From assembly GCF_001306055.1 (NCBI RefSeq), contig NZ_LGHJ01000013.1, positions 150,001-182,000 of the forward strand: a stretch of DNA of 32,000 nt. The letters are read 5' to 3'. Position numbers and translations under genes: made by a program. This document shows, piece after piece, positions 8,461-17,339 of this stretch (positions are counted from its first letter, which is position 1; every line of letters starts with the position of its first letter). The notes under the pieces were generated by a model that saw nothing but the letters and a program-made list of their open reading frames with translations, ran no database searches and was not told the origin of the DNA. Origin of the DNA: Bellilinea caldifistulae. GTDB lineage: Bacteria; Chloroflexota; Anaerolineae; Anaerolineales; Anaerolineaceae.

Positions 8461-9648
8461 ATGGCCTCCGATCAGGAATGGATTAAGGAGAACAAGCATT
8501 ACCTTTTACCTTTTCTTTTCTTTTTTTCGCGAATTATTCTGTTCCTTACACTCGTCCCTTATGGGTATTATGGAATCGGCGACTTAGACGTATACCGGGA
8601 ATGGACTGCTCTTCCGGGTTGGCCGTACCTGGATTACTGGGTAGAATATCCGCCTTTGTTTCCTTTCCTCAGTGAAATCCTTTTCCGTGTAGTTGGGGAA
8701 CAGAGTTTTTTATATGATTTCCTCATGGCACTGGTGTTGGCATTTGCCGGTGCTGTTACCCTGTTCCTGTTTCAAAAAATCGCCTCACGGCTTTACGATG
8801 ATAGGGTGAGCCAGATTCGCAGCCTTATTTTATTCGGAATTCTGGTCGTTCTTCCCTATACATGGTGGTATGCTGACTTAATTACTTTAGCATTGATGAT
8901 GGCCGGTATCTGGTCAATTCTAGAAAAAAAGGACAAATTCGCTGGCTTATGGATTGGATTGGGAATGCTGGCAAAGTGGTTTCCCGTATTTTTGTTACCA
9001 GCGCTAATCCGCCAGCGCTCACTCAAGAATATATTTCAGTTGACGAGCATTGCTTTGGTAGTCGTTCTCATAGTATTCGCCATTCTCTACGTGGTTTCCC
9101 CGGAAATGACCACGGCTTCGTTGATGGCACAACCGGCAAGATCCTCGTGGCAAACCATTTGGGCACTGATGGATAGAAACCTGACTACCGGCGCTTACCT
9201 GACAACCGAACAACGCTTGGACCCCGTCCAAAGCACTATCCCGACTCGAAACCCGCCAGTCGTACCCCCTTTGCTTACCCTCCCGATTTTCTGCGGCATT
9301 GGGATTATTCTTTTAGCCCAACAATCTCAAACCAGTGATTTCAATTATCTTATGAATATTGGGGTCGTATGGATACTCTTTTTGCTCTGGTCGCCGGGCT
9401 GGAGTTCGCAGTGGGTTTTGTATATTTTACCTTTGTTGCTGTTGACGCTCCCGCTAAGCACAGGGGTATTACTTTCATTGCTTCTCGTCACAATCAATTT
9501 GATTGAGTTTCCTTTCTTGCTGGGAAGAAACGTACCAGCATCCCTATGGGTTTTAGTCCCAATCCGTACCCTGATGCTCATCATAATGTTAATTCTGTGG
9601 TTAATGATGCCTAAATATATTCCGGAGCAATTCCAGCACACAAGATAA
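8461..9648 (+). CDS. Polytopic membrane protein, probable GT-C-fold glycosyltransferase (DUF2029/GT87-like)
   Basis: At least 9 hydrophobic segments. The first extracytoplasmic loop carries YLDYWVEYPPLFPFL, the YPP-type motif I associate with DUF2029 mannosyl/arabinosyltransferase-like proteins. ATG 8461 is preferred over the TTG 8455 of the ORF track. Confidence 0.55.
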   Translation: MASDQEWIKENKHYLLPFLFFFSRIILFLTLVPYGYYGIGDLDVYREWTALPGWPYLDYWVEYPPLFPFLSEILFRVVGEQSFLYDFLMALVLAFAGAVTLFLFQKIASRLYDDRVSQIRSLILFGILVVLPYTWWYADLITLALMMAGIWSILEKKDKFAGLWIGLGMLAKWFPVFLLPALIRQRSLKNIFQLTSIALVVVLIVFAILYVVSPEMTTASLMAQPARSSWQTIWALMDRNLTTGAYLTTEQRLDPVQSTIPTRNPPVVPPLLTLPIFCGIGIILLAQQSQTSDFNYLMNIGVVWILFLLWSPGWSSQWVLYILPLLLLTLPLSTGVLLSLLLVTINLIEFPFLLGRNVPASLWVLVPIRTLMLIIMLILWLMMPKYIPEQFQHTR

Positions 9649-9756
9649 TCCATTAGACAACAAGACTTTTAGGATTGTCTAGAAATAAGACCTTTTGTTA
9701 TGATTGGATATGTTTAATCTTTTAGATAAATTTTTGCACTAAAAAGTGAGATCCTC

Positions 9757-11814
9757 ATGAACACCTCCTCCCGTACCTTACTGATCGTCCTTCTGGTTAT
9801 CATTGTCCTGTGTATATGCCTGTGCGGCGCAGCCGTGCTGACCGGCGCTGTGGGCTTTCTGATTTTCAATTCCGAATCGAACAGCCCAGATAATTCACCT
9901 GTCTTTGAATTCACACCCCCTTTCGAGGACTGGCGCGAGATCATCCCCACCCTGCCGGATATTGATCCTCCCCCGCTGGTTGCTACCCCGTCCGGTCAAC
10001 CGGCCGGCGACGGCGCTTATGAGACCCTGCGCAGCCTCCAACAGGCTTTGGTCCCGGTCAATGACCCGCGAGAACTGGCCCAGCGGCTGGGCGGCAAAGG
10101 CGAAATTCCCGAAACCGTCCCCTATGGCGGTCCCTTTCAGGTTGGCGATCGCAAGAAGTTCTGGGTCACCAATGTGGATACCACCGAGAACTTTCAGGTC
10201 GAAGCCGTGCTGCGCTATGTAACGGATAGCGCCTATTTCTGGATCGAGGACGGTGTATCCTACAACCAATCTGCCCTGCGCCGTCTTGCCGAAACCTTCA
10301 ATGATCAAATTGTGCCGACCAATCGCGAATTTTTCGGGATGGAGTGGAACCCGGGCGTAGATAACGACCCACGTTTATTCGTACTCTACACGCGCGGCGC
10401 CGGCCGGAACATTGCCGGTTACTTTTCCTCGGCCGATTCTGTGCATCCCCTGGCGCACCAGTACTCCAATGCCCACGAAATGTTCATCCTCAGCGCCGAT
10501 AACGCCGGACTGGAGGAGGAATTCACCTACGGTGTGTTGGCGCATGAATTTCAGCACATGATTCACTGGTACCGCGACCGCAACGAAGAAACCTGGCTGA
10601 ACGAAGGTTTCTCCGAACTGGCTGCTTTTCTCAACGGATACGACCCCGGTGGTTTTGATTTCATCTTCTCGACGAATCCCGATCACCAGCTCAACGACTG
10701 GCCAACCGACTCAAGCGCCACCACCCCTTATTATGGCGCATCCTTCCTGTTCGTCAATTACTTCCTTGAAAGATTTGGCGAAGAAGCCACCAAATCGTTG
10801 GTTGCCCATCCCGATAACGGGCTGGACAGCATAGATACCGTGCTGGCCAATTTGAATGAGATTGACCCGCTGACCGGTCAACTCATTCAGGCCGACGATG
10901 TCTTTGTGGATTGGACACTGACCAATTACCTGAATGACCCCCAAATTGGCGACGGCCGCTTTGCCTACACCCAATACCGCAGCGCTCCAACCGTCAACGA
11001 TACCGAAGTATTCACCGCCTGCGACGGACGCAGCCAGAGCCGCACAGTCCGTCAATATGGAGCGGATTACATCCGCTTCAACTGTCAGGGCAGTTTCACA
11101 CTCGAATTTCAGGGCAGCAGCGAGGTCGGAGTTCTTCCAACCGATGCCTATTCGGGTGATTACGCTTTCTGGTCAAATAAAGGCGATGAATCAAACATGA
11201 CCCTGACCCGTGAGTTTGATTTTACCGGGGTCAGCGCACCCATTCAACTTTCCTACCGAACCTGGTATGATCTTGAGGAGGATTACGACTACCTGTACCT
11301 GGTCGCCTCTGAGGATAACGGCCAGACCTGGCAAATCCTGACCACGCCTTCCTGCACCACCGAAAACCCCTCCGGAAACAGTTATGGCTGCGGCTACAAC
11401 GGTAAAACCAACGGCTACATCCAGGAGATAGTTGATCTTTCCCGTTTTGCTGGTCAGAAAGTTTTACTGCGCTTTGAATACGTAACCGATGCAGCCGTGA
11501 ACGGCGAGGGATTGCTGCTGGACGATGTGTCCATTCCGGCAATCAACTACTTCACCGATTTTGAGACCGATGAAGGCGGCTGGCAGGCCAACGGCTTTGT
11601 GCGCATTCAAAACCGTCTACCGCAGACCTTCCGCCTTTCGCTGATTTACCTCGGTTCAAACCCGCGAGTGGAGTACCTGACGGTCGCTCCCAGTCAGTCC
11701 TTGCGTCACACGGTTGATCTGGAAACCCCAACTGAACCGGTGGTTCTGGTGGTCAGCGGGACAACCCGCTTTACCCGCCAACCAGCCTCCTACACCTTCA
11801 GCGCTCAACGGTAA
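9757..11814 (+). CDS. Membrane-anchored extracellular zinc metalloprotease (gluzincin, MA clan) with C-terminal beta-sandwich domain
   Basis: N-terminal TM anchor LLIVLLVIIVLCICLCGAAVLTGAVGFLIF. HEFQH at 10543-10557 is followed by WLNEGF, with its Glu codon at 10603-10605. The C-terminal segment YDYLYLVASEDNGQTWQIL...VLLRFEYVTDAAVNGEGLLLDDVSI resembles the InhA/MAM-like domains of secreted proteases. Confidence 0.8.
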   Translation: MNTSSRTLLIVLLVIIVLCICLCGAAVLTGAVGFLIFNSESNSPDNSPVFEFTPPFEDWREIIPTLPDIDPPPLVATPSGQPAGDGAYETLRSLQQALVPVNDPRELAQRLGGKGEIPETVPYGGPFQVGDRKKFWVTNVDTTENFQVEAVLRYVTDSAYFWIEDGVSYNQSALRRLAETFNDQIVPTNREFFGMEWNPGVDNDPRLFVLYTRGAGRNIAGYFSSADSVHPLAHQYSNAHEMFILSADNAGLEEEFTYGVLAHEFQHMIHWYRDRNEETWLNEGFSELAAFLNGYDPGGFDFIFSTNPDHQLNDWPTDSSATTPYYGASFLFVNYFLERFGEEATKSLVAHPDNGLDSIDTVLANLNEIDPLTGQLIQADDVFVDWTLTNYLNDPQIGDGRFAYTQYRSAPTVNDTEVFTACDGRSQSRTVRQYGADYIRFNCQGSFTLEFQGSSEVGVLPTDAYSGDYAFWSNKGDESNMTLTREFDFTGVSAPIQLSYRTWYDLEEDYDYLYLVASEDNGQTWQILTTPSCTTENPSGNSYGCGYNGKTNGYIQEIVDLSRFAGQKVLLRFEYVTDAAVNGEGLLLDDVSIPAINYFTDFETDEGGWQANGFVRIQNRLPQTFRLSLIYLGSNPRVEYLTVAPSQSLRHTVDLETPTEPVVLVVSGTTRFTRQPASYTFSAQR

Positions 11815-11820
11815 AAACAA

Positions 11821-11851
11821 AAAGGACTGCCGGAAACCGCGGCAGTCCTTT
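11821..11851. terminator. Bidirectional intrinsic terminator between convergent genes
   Basis: A 12-bp perfect stem: aaaggactgccg (11821-11832) pairs with cggcagtccttt (11840-11851). An A-run lies upstream and a T-rich tract downstream, so a U-tract is available on both strands. Confidence 0.8.
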
Positions 11852-11871
11852 ATCGTTTAATGCCCTTTACT

Positions 11872-12096
11872 CTACTCCAGTTGAATCCTTCCCTGTCGCA
11901 GGCGGTTCAACTCTTCCTCCAATTCTTTGCGGCGTTGTTCCGCTGCTGTACGCACCTCACCGCTCAGCCGGTCAATCGTTTCACTGAGTTGCTGCTGAAA
12001 TTGCCTGCCGGATGCCGGCGCAAAGAGCAAAGCCAGTGTACCCCCGACCAAACCGCCGATCAACACACCAACCAAAAAACTGACCAGACGACGCAT
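11872..12096 (-). CDS. YtxH domain protein (small membrane-anchored stress protein)
   Basis: N-terminal GxxxG-rich helix and LFAPASGRQ motif (VGVLIGGLVGGTLALLFAPASGRQFQQQL), followed by a charged coiled-coil tail. AAGGAGGA ribosome-binding site. Confidence 0.8.
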   Translation of the reverse strand: MRRLVSFLVGVLIGGLVGGTLALLFAPASGRQFQQQLSETIDRLSGEVRTAAEQRRKELEEELNRLRQGRIQLE

Positions 12097-12135
12097 CGTT
12101 TCCTCCTTTTTTACTTAATTCCTCAATCTTCTTCG

Positions 12136-12163
12136 ATTATAACTGGAACTGTGATCTTTTCAA
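12136..12163 (-). promoter_or_regulatory. Sigma70-type promoter of the ytxH-like gene
   Basis: On the minus strand: TTGAAA (12163-12158), a 16-nt spacer, then consensus TATAAT (12141-12136). This sits about 40 nt upstream of ATG 12096. Confidence 0.6.
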
Positions 12164-13146
12164 ATTCGCCTTGCCAGATTCAGCCGTAAAAACAAAAAGG
12201 GAGCAGCCGCTGAAATCCAAAATCCAATCAGGCTATATCGCAAGAAACGGAAACCATAGCCGACCATCTCCGGCTCACGCGGAAACAGCGCACCCAGGCC
12301 GGCGTACAAAACCAGCACGCCCGCAATCCCGATCAAAAAACGCCCACTGAGCTGAAGTGGACTGCCGGTGACATTCATCAATCCGCCGCTACGCAGCATC
12401 AAAATCAGGCCGGTGAGAAAACCCAGCCAGGTACCGCCTACCGTAAAAAAGGGCGCCAGCGTGAGAGGATTAATTGGATCCTGCGGGGCGGCCAGCAGAG
12501 CAGTCTGACCCCATTCTGGCGGCAACGACCAACGGCTTACCCCCAATAAGACCAGAAAGCCGCTCAGCAAAATCACCAGGGAACTGGCCAGCGCCACCGT
12601 GAATTGACGGCTGGGGTTAAGACCATTGAACCAGCGAATAACCGGCTTTTCCAGTTGAAGATAAGCCGTCAACAACAAACCACCCACCCCCCAGCCGACC
12701 AAAACATCACTGGGGAAATGCACCCCTAACACCATTCGCGAAAGTCCAATCAACAGGATGAGAAGAACCGCCAGCCAGCGGAACCACGTTTTGCGGATCT
12801 TAACCGCTGCCAACCCCCACAAACTGGCGGCATTTTGAGCATGACCGGAAGGCATCCCAAAGGAGGTTTCACTGCTGAAGGCTCGCACGGTTGAATCTAT
12901 CCAGTAAGGCCGCGGCGAATGAAACGCCAGTTTCAAAGCGGAATTGAAGACATTACTGAAAATCAGCATTACCCCAATTCGCAGCCCCAACCCGGCGTCC
13001 ACACACCAGTACAGAAGGGGAATGATCAAAAGGTAAAATTCTTCATTGCCCAAAAAAGTGATACCCTTAAAAAGTGAGACCAATCCGCCTAACCCGCCTT
13101 GAAGGCTTTGTATAAAATCAAGTTCACTCAAGAGAAATGGGTCCAT
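12160..13146 (-). CDS. PAP2 superfamily membrane phosphatase
   Basis: All three acid-phosphatase motifs are present: KLAFHSPRP, PSGH and SRMVLGVHFPSDV. They are embedded in a polytopic membrane protein. Confidence 0.88.
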   Translation of the reverse strand: MDPFLLSELDFIQSLQGGLGGLVSLFKGITFLGNEEFYLLIIPLLYWCVDAGLGLRIGVMLIFSNVFNSALKLAFHSPRPYWIDSTVRAFSSETSFGMPSGHAQNAASLWGLAAVKIRKTWFRWLAVLLILLIGLSRMVLGVHFPSDVLVGWGVGGLLLTAYLQLEKPVIRWFNGLNPSRQFTVALASSLVILLSGFLVLLGVSRWSLPPEWGQTALLAAPQDPINPLTLAPFFTVGGTWLGFLTGLILMLRSGGLMNVTGSPLQLSGRFLIGIAGVLVLYAGLGALFPREPEMVGYGFRFLRYSLIGFWISAAAPFLFLRLNLARRI

Positions 13147-13207
13147 TGTCTTAATTCCTGCAATGAAGTGATTGACTTATCCAAACATGCAACCTTAAAC
13201 CCCGCCA

Positions 13208-13237
13208 TTGACGGATAAAGCAAAAGTATTGTACACT
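13208..13237 (+). promoter_or_regulatory. Candidate promoter abutting the transglutaminase start codon
   Basis: TTGACG (13208-13213), an 18-nt spacer, TACACT (13232-13237), then 6 nt to ATG 13244. The TTG used as ORF start in the track is the -35 hexamer. Confidence 0.45.
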
Positions 13238-13243
13238 AAAATC

Positions 13244-15595
13244 ATGCTCAACAACTCAAAACGCTGGTGGGATCTTTTATCGGTATCCCTTTTCCTGGCA
13301 GCGTTAATTACCGTTACCTACCGATTAGCGGATACCCGCTGGACCGATCATCTTGAAATTGTGATTGGACTGGCTTTTATCGGTGCGTTATTGGGTCTGG
13401 CTCTGGGGTACAGCCGGTTCAGCCCTCAAACAGTCGGGGTTTTCGGCCTGATATTCACCCTCTTTTTTGTCACCTGGCAATTGGGGGAACTGACTCCCAG
13501 CAACTACATCTGGTTAGAGCGTTTGTGGCTGCTGGGTGACCGGATGTGGCAAAATCTGGTTCTCTTTTTACGAAACCAGCCGCTCAACGACTCCATCCTC
13601 TTCCTTGCCAACATGGCGCTGCTTTTTTGGCTGGTCGGCATATCCACTGGTTACCAGCTCACCCGCTATGGAAAGCCATGGCAGGGATTGATTGTTTTAG
13701 GAATTGCGCTGGTAGTCATTGATCTCTATCATCCTCCGCTGGCACAGAGCGGTGTGGCGACCGGCGTATTTGCGGTTTTGGCGTTGCTCCTGTTCAGCCG
13801 CCTGAATTACCTCAAAAACGCCCGCCAATGGGAAGATGAACAAATTGGCGTGGACACCGACACCGGATTCAATCTGATTCGCAGCAGTTTGATCATTCTG
13901 ATCGTGGTGGTGTTTTTCGCCTGGAACGCTCCCCGGATCGTGCGCGCCGTGGTACCCAACACCCCCGAACGGCAGCGAATGATTCAATCCCTGCAATCCC
14001 TGCGGGAACGTTTTCAAAACGTGACTAACCCGTTGAGAGGTTCGGTTGCCGTGCCGGATGAATTTTATGCGGATGAGTATGCCCTTGGAACCGGCAGCCA
14101 GTTGACCGACGCAACCGTCTTTACCGTTCAAGCCAGTATCACTCAAAGAATTGGAGTGCCTTACTACTGGCGAATTCGCAGTTATGATACCTATGAGAAT
14201 GGACGTTGGGAAAGCACCGTAACGAACCGACAGCCGTTGCGGGTCGGCTCACCCCCGCTGGATTATCCCCAATATAGTCGGCGACTTAACGTACGTTTCG
14301 ACTTCCGTCCGGTACGCAACCTGAGCATGGTCTACGTGCCGGGTTTGCCCGTTGGGATTAACCACAATGTTGAACTGATTTATGACGGCTCAGAGCTCGG
14401 AAAGATTGAAGATGTAGTGACCGTCCTGGCTGACCCCGATATCCCACCCGGCAGCACGTATCAGGTAACCTCTTCGATTGCTTCTCCAACCATTGCTGCC
14501 ATGCGCGAAGCCGGCGAGGAATACCCTCAATGGGTAACCGACCGCTATCTGCAATTACCTCCGGATTTACCCCAAAGTATCCGCGACCTTGCTGCGGAAA
14601 TCACCGCTGGGCTGGAAACACCCTACGATAAAGCCGCCGCCATCACTCTCTGGTTGAGAGAAAATATCGCCTATTCGGCAACCATCCCCAATCCCCCAGC
14701 CGGAAGAGACCCGGTGGAATGGGTGTTGTTCGAGCATAAACAGGCTTTTTGTAATTACTACGCATCGGCCGAGGTGCTGATGCTGCGTTCATTGGGTATT
14801 CCAGCCCGTTGGGTCATCGGCTACGCGCAAGGTTTTTTGGATGAAGAGGAAGACCTTTATTGGGTTCGGGACCTGGACCGCCACGCCTGGCCGGAGGTTT
14901 TCTTTCCGGGAATTGGGTGGGTGGAGTTTGAACCAACCGCTTTTCAGGCCGCGATTGAACGCCCCAGCGGTTCAAATGCCGAGGACCGCACTCCCTTGCC
15001 TCAGCCCAATCCTAATCAACCGCAACTACTGGATGATTTCGAAGAAGCCACCCAACCGGAAGAAAATCAGGCTTCTTCCCCGATCAATTTGCAGACCACC
15101 CCCCTGGTCAGCGCCACACTGATCATCTTGGGTCTTCTCATCGCAGGAATAATCATTTTCTTGCTAGCAGCCAATGGCCGTCGCCGGCGCTGGTTTCCTC
15201 AACAGAGTTTGCCGCTATTTTTGGAAACCAACCTGCGTAAACGAGGCTGGCGCATTCCTCGCTGGTTACAACAATGGTCTTATTACAGCCAGTTATCCCC
15301 CATCCAACGCTCCTTTTACAGCATCCATTGGCTCTGCCGATTGTTGAAAATTCCCATTTCCCCCGCTCAAACGCCAGCAGAACAAGTCCAAACCCTGATG
15401 CACTACTTACCGGAATGTGAGCCGGCTGCTCTTCAGTTGCTGCAAGAGTACCAGAAAATTGCCTACAGCCCTTACCCGGCGGATGCGGGCACCGCCCAAC
15501 AATCTGCCCGCCTGATTTGGAAACTTGCATTCCAAAAACGCGGTAAAATCATTCTGGCAAAGCTGAGAGGGAGGCCACTCGAAAGCAGCGCTTAA
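13244..15595 (+). CDS. TgpA-like membrane transglutaminase-domain protein
   Basis: An N-terminal block of about 6 TM helices. Transglutaminase core with Cys in QAFCNYYASAEVLMLRSLGIPARWVIGY and His in DRHAWPEVFFPGIGWVEFEPT. A late TM helix and a C-terminal cytoplasmic domain follow. The start could alternatively be TTG 13208. Confidence 0.85.
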   Translation: MLNNSKRWWDLLSVSLFLAALITVTYRLADTRWTDHLEIVIGLAFIGALLGLALGYSRFSPQTVGVFGLIFTLFFVTWQLGELTPSNYIWLERLWLLGDRMWQNLVLFLRNQPLNDSILFLANMALLFWLVGISTGYQLTRYGKPWQGLIVLGIALVVIDLYHPPLAQSGVATGVFAVLALLLFSRLNYLKNARQWEDEQIGVDTDTGFNLIRSSLIILIVVVFFAWNAPRIVRAVVPNTPERQRMIQSLQSLRERFQNVTNPLRGSVAVPDEFYADEYALGTGSQLTDATVFTVQASITQRIGVPYYWRIRSYDTYENGRWESTVTNRQPLRVGSPPLDYPQYSRRLNVRFDFRPVRNLSMVYVPGLPVGINHNVELIYDGSELGKIEDVVTVLADPDIPPGSTYQVTSSIASPTIAAMREAGEEYPQWVTDRYLQLPPDLPQSIRDLAAEITAGLETPYDKAAAITLWLRENIAYSATIPNPPAGRDPVEWVLFEHKQAFCNYYASAEVLMLRSLGIPARWVIGYAQGFLDEEEDLYWVRDLDRHAWPEVFFPGIGWVEFEPTAFQAAIERPSGSNAEDRTPLPQPNPNQPQLLDDFEEATQPEENQASSPINLQTTPLVSATLIILGLLIAGIIIFLLAANGRRRRWFPQQSLPLFLETNLRKRGWRIPRWLQQWSYYSQLSPIQRSFYSIHWLCRLLKIPISPAQTPAEQVQTLMHYLPECEPAALQLLQEYQKIAYSPYPADAGTAQQSARLIWKLAFQKRGKIILAKLRGRPLESSA

Positions 15596-15617
15596 ATTTC
15601 TGTTCAGGAAGTAGAAA

Positions 15618-17339
15618 TTGAGTGAAATCAAATCTGCTGTGCGGGGCGATCAACTGGCAGCAAATTTAGAAAATCTGCGGTCAGCCTGTTACGCCATTTA
15701 CAACTACCTCCAGGTCAATCGTCCTGCCGCCCTTCCACCGTCATTTTTTGAAACCGTATTTGGGATTACCGCCCTGGTCAAGAAAATTACGGCACAGTTT
15801 GAAGAGCTGGAGGAAGAACGCCGTAGTCTGACCGCGCTGGCCGGCATGGGGCAGGTGATCAACACCTCACTGGAATTGAACACCGTCCTCCAAATTGTTA
15901 TGGATACCATCATTCGGTTAACCGGCGCAGAACGCGGATTTCTGATGTTGAAGGATGACACGGGCAATCTGGTCACCCGGATTGCTCGCAACTGGGTTCA
16001 GGAATCGCTGAACACCACCGAATTGCACATCAGTTTTACGGTGATTGACCGCGTAGCCAGCGAAGGCTTACCCGTGCTGACCACCAACGCTCAGGAAGAC
16101 CCGCGTTTTGGAAAACAGGACTCGGTCATTGCCCACAACCTGCGCTCGATCATGTGTGTGCCGTTGAGAGTCAAAAGTGAGGTGACCGGTGTCATTTATG
16201 TGGATAATCGCATCCGCAGCGGCTTGTTCACTGCAAAACAGCTGGATTTACTGGCCGCTTTCGCCAATCAGGCAGCAGTTGCCATTGAAAATGCCCGCCT
16301 GTTTGCCTCGGTACAACGCAGCCTTGCCGAAGTAACCGAATTGAAAAGTTTGATGGACAAGGTGTTTGCCTCCATTGCCAGTGGAGTCATCACCGCGGAT
16401 ATTGACGGGAACATCTTGTTGTGTAACCGGGCAGCCGAACAAATCCTCAATCAGAGTGCCACGGGACTCGGCAGTCAAAAGCTGCAGCAAATTCTCACCT
16501 CGCTTTCCCCTGCCCTGATTCCAGAATTGCAACAAGTCCTTCAAACCGATCAGCCGGTATTGGGTCTGGAAATTTCACCGGCCATTGCCGGGCGTGGACG
16601 GATTGATTTGCGAATCAGCATCACTCCGGTCAAGGATGGTCAGCAACAGACACAGGGAGTTGCTCTTGTACTGGATGATATGACCGAGAAAAAATTATTG
16701 GAAGCCCAACGCCGATTGTTTGAAAAAATGGTTTCGCCGGCCGTCATCCGTCAGTTAAACCCGGATAGCCTGATTTTAGGAGGTCAGCGCAAAGAAATTA
16801 CCGTTTTATTTGCGGATATTCGCGGATTTACAGGCATCAGTGAGAAGTTATCTCCCGAAGAGCTCGTCTCCATTCTCAACCGCCACCTGGCCGCCGCTGC
16901 CGAGGCCATCCTGCAGGAAGAGGGCACGATTGATAAATTCCTCGGAGATGCCGTCATGGCCTGGTTCAATGCACCTGTGCGCCAGCCCGATCACGCTCTC
17001 CGGGCTGTACGGGCTGCCCTGCACATCCGCGATTCTCTTAAATCCCTTCATCAGGAATTACCACCCGAACAGCGGCTTTCCTTTGGAATTGGGATCCACA
17101 CCGGCGAAGCAGTTTTGGGACTTATCGGCAGCGAAAAACGCCTTGAATATACCGCCATTGGAGATTGTATCAACACCGCCAAACGGATTCAGGAAAATGC
17201 ACGCCCCAATCAAATCCTGGTCACGCAGGAAGTGATTGATCGTCTGGCTGGTTATGCGGCCTATCAACCGGTGGAAGCCATTCGGGCAAAAGGCAAACGT
17301 GAACCGGTTCAGGTTTACGAGATCAACTTCCTGGTTTAA
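15618..17339 (+). CDS. GAF-PAS sensor class III adenylate/guanylate cyclase
   Basis: GAF region (ERGFLMLKDDTGNL...VIYVDN). PAS region (ASIASGVITADIDGNILLCNRAAEQIL). Cyclase homology domain with metal Asp residues in VLFADIRGFT and KFLGDAVMAWF, and YTAIGDCINTAKRIQ. TTG start with AGGAAG upstream. Confidence 0.88.
   Translation: MSEIKSAVRGDQLAANLENLRSACYAIYNYLQVNRPAALPPSFFETVFGITALVKKITAQFEELEEERRSLTALAGMGQVINTSLELNTVLQIVMDTIIRLTGAERGFLMLKDDTGNLVTRIARNWVQESLNTTELHISFTVIDRVASEGLPVLTTNAQEDPRFGKQDSVIAHNLRSIMCVPLRVKSEVTGVIYVDNRIRSGLFTAKQLDLLAAFANQAAVAIENARLFASVQRSLAEVTELKSLMDKVFASIASGVITADIDGNILLCNRAAEQILNQSATGLGSQKLQQILTSLSPALIPELQQVLQTDQPVLGLEISPAIAGRGRIDLRISITPVKDGQQQTQGVALVLDDMTEKKLLEAQRRLFEKMVSPAVIRQLNPDSLILGGQRKEITVLFADIRGFTGISEKLSPEELVSILNRHLAAAAEAILQEEGTIDKFLGDAVMAWFNAPVRQPDHALRAVRAALHIRDSLKSLHQELPPEQRLSFGIGIHTGEAVLGLIGSEKRLEYTAIGDCINTAKRIQENARPNQILVTQEVIDRLAGYAAYQPVEAIRAKGKREPVQVYEINFLV

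Noticed and set aside
9654-9681. Inverted repeat TAGACAA-N14-TTGTCTA downstream of the GT-C-like gene
   Set aside because: It is a 7-bp AT-rich stem with a 14-nt loop and no U-tract, which is too weak to call a terminator or operator.
13697-14146. 149-aa minus-strand ORF within the transglutaminase gene
   Set aside because: It is an antisense shadow ORF with no start context.
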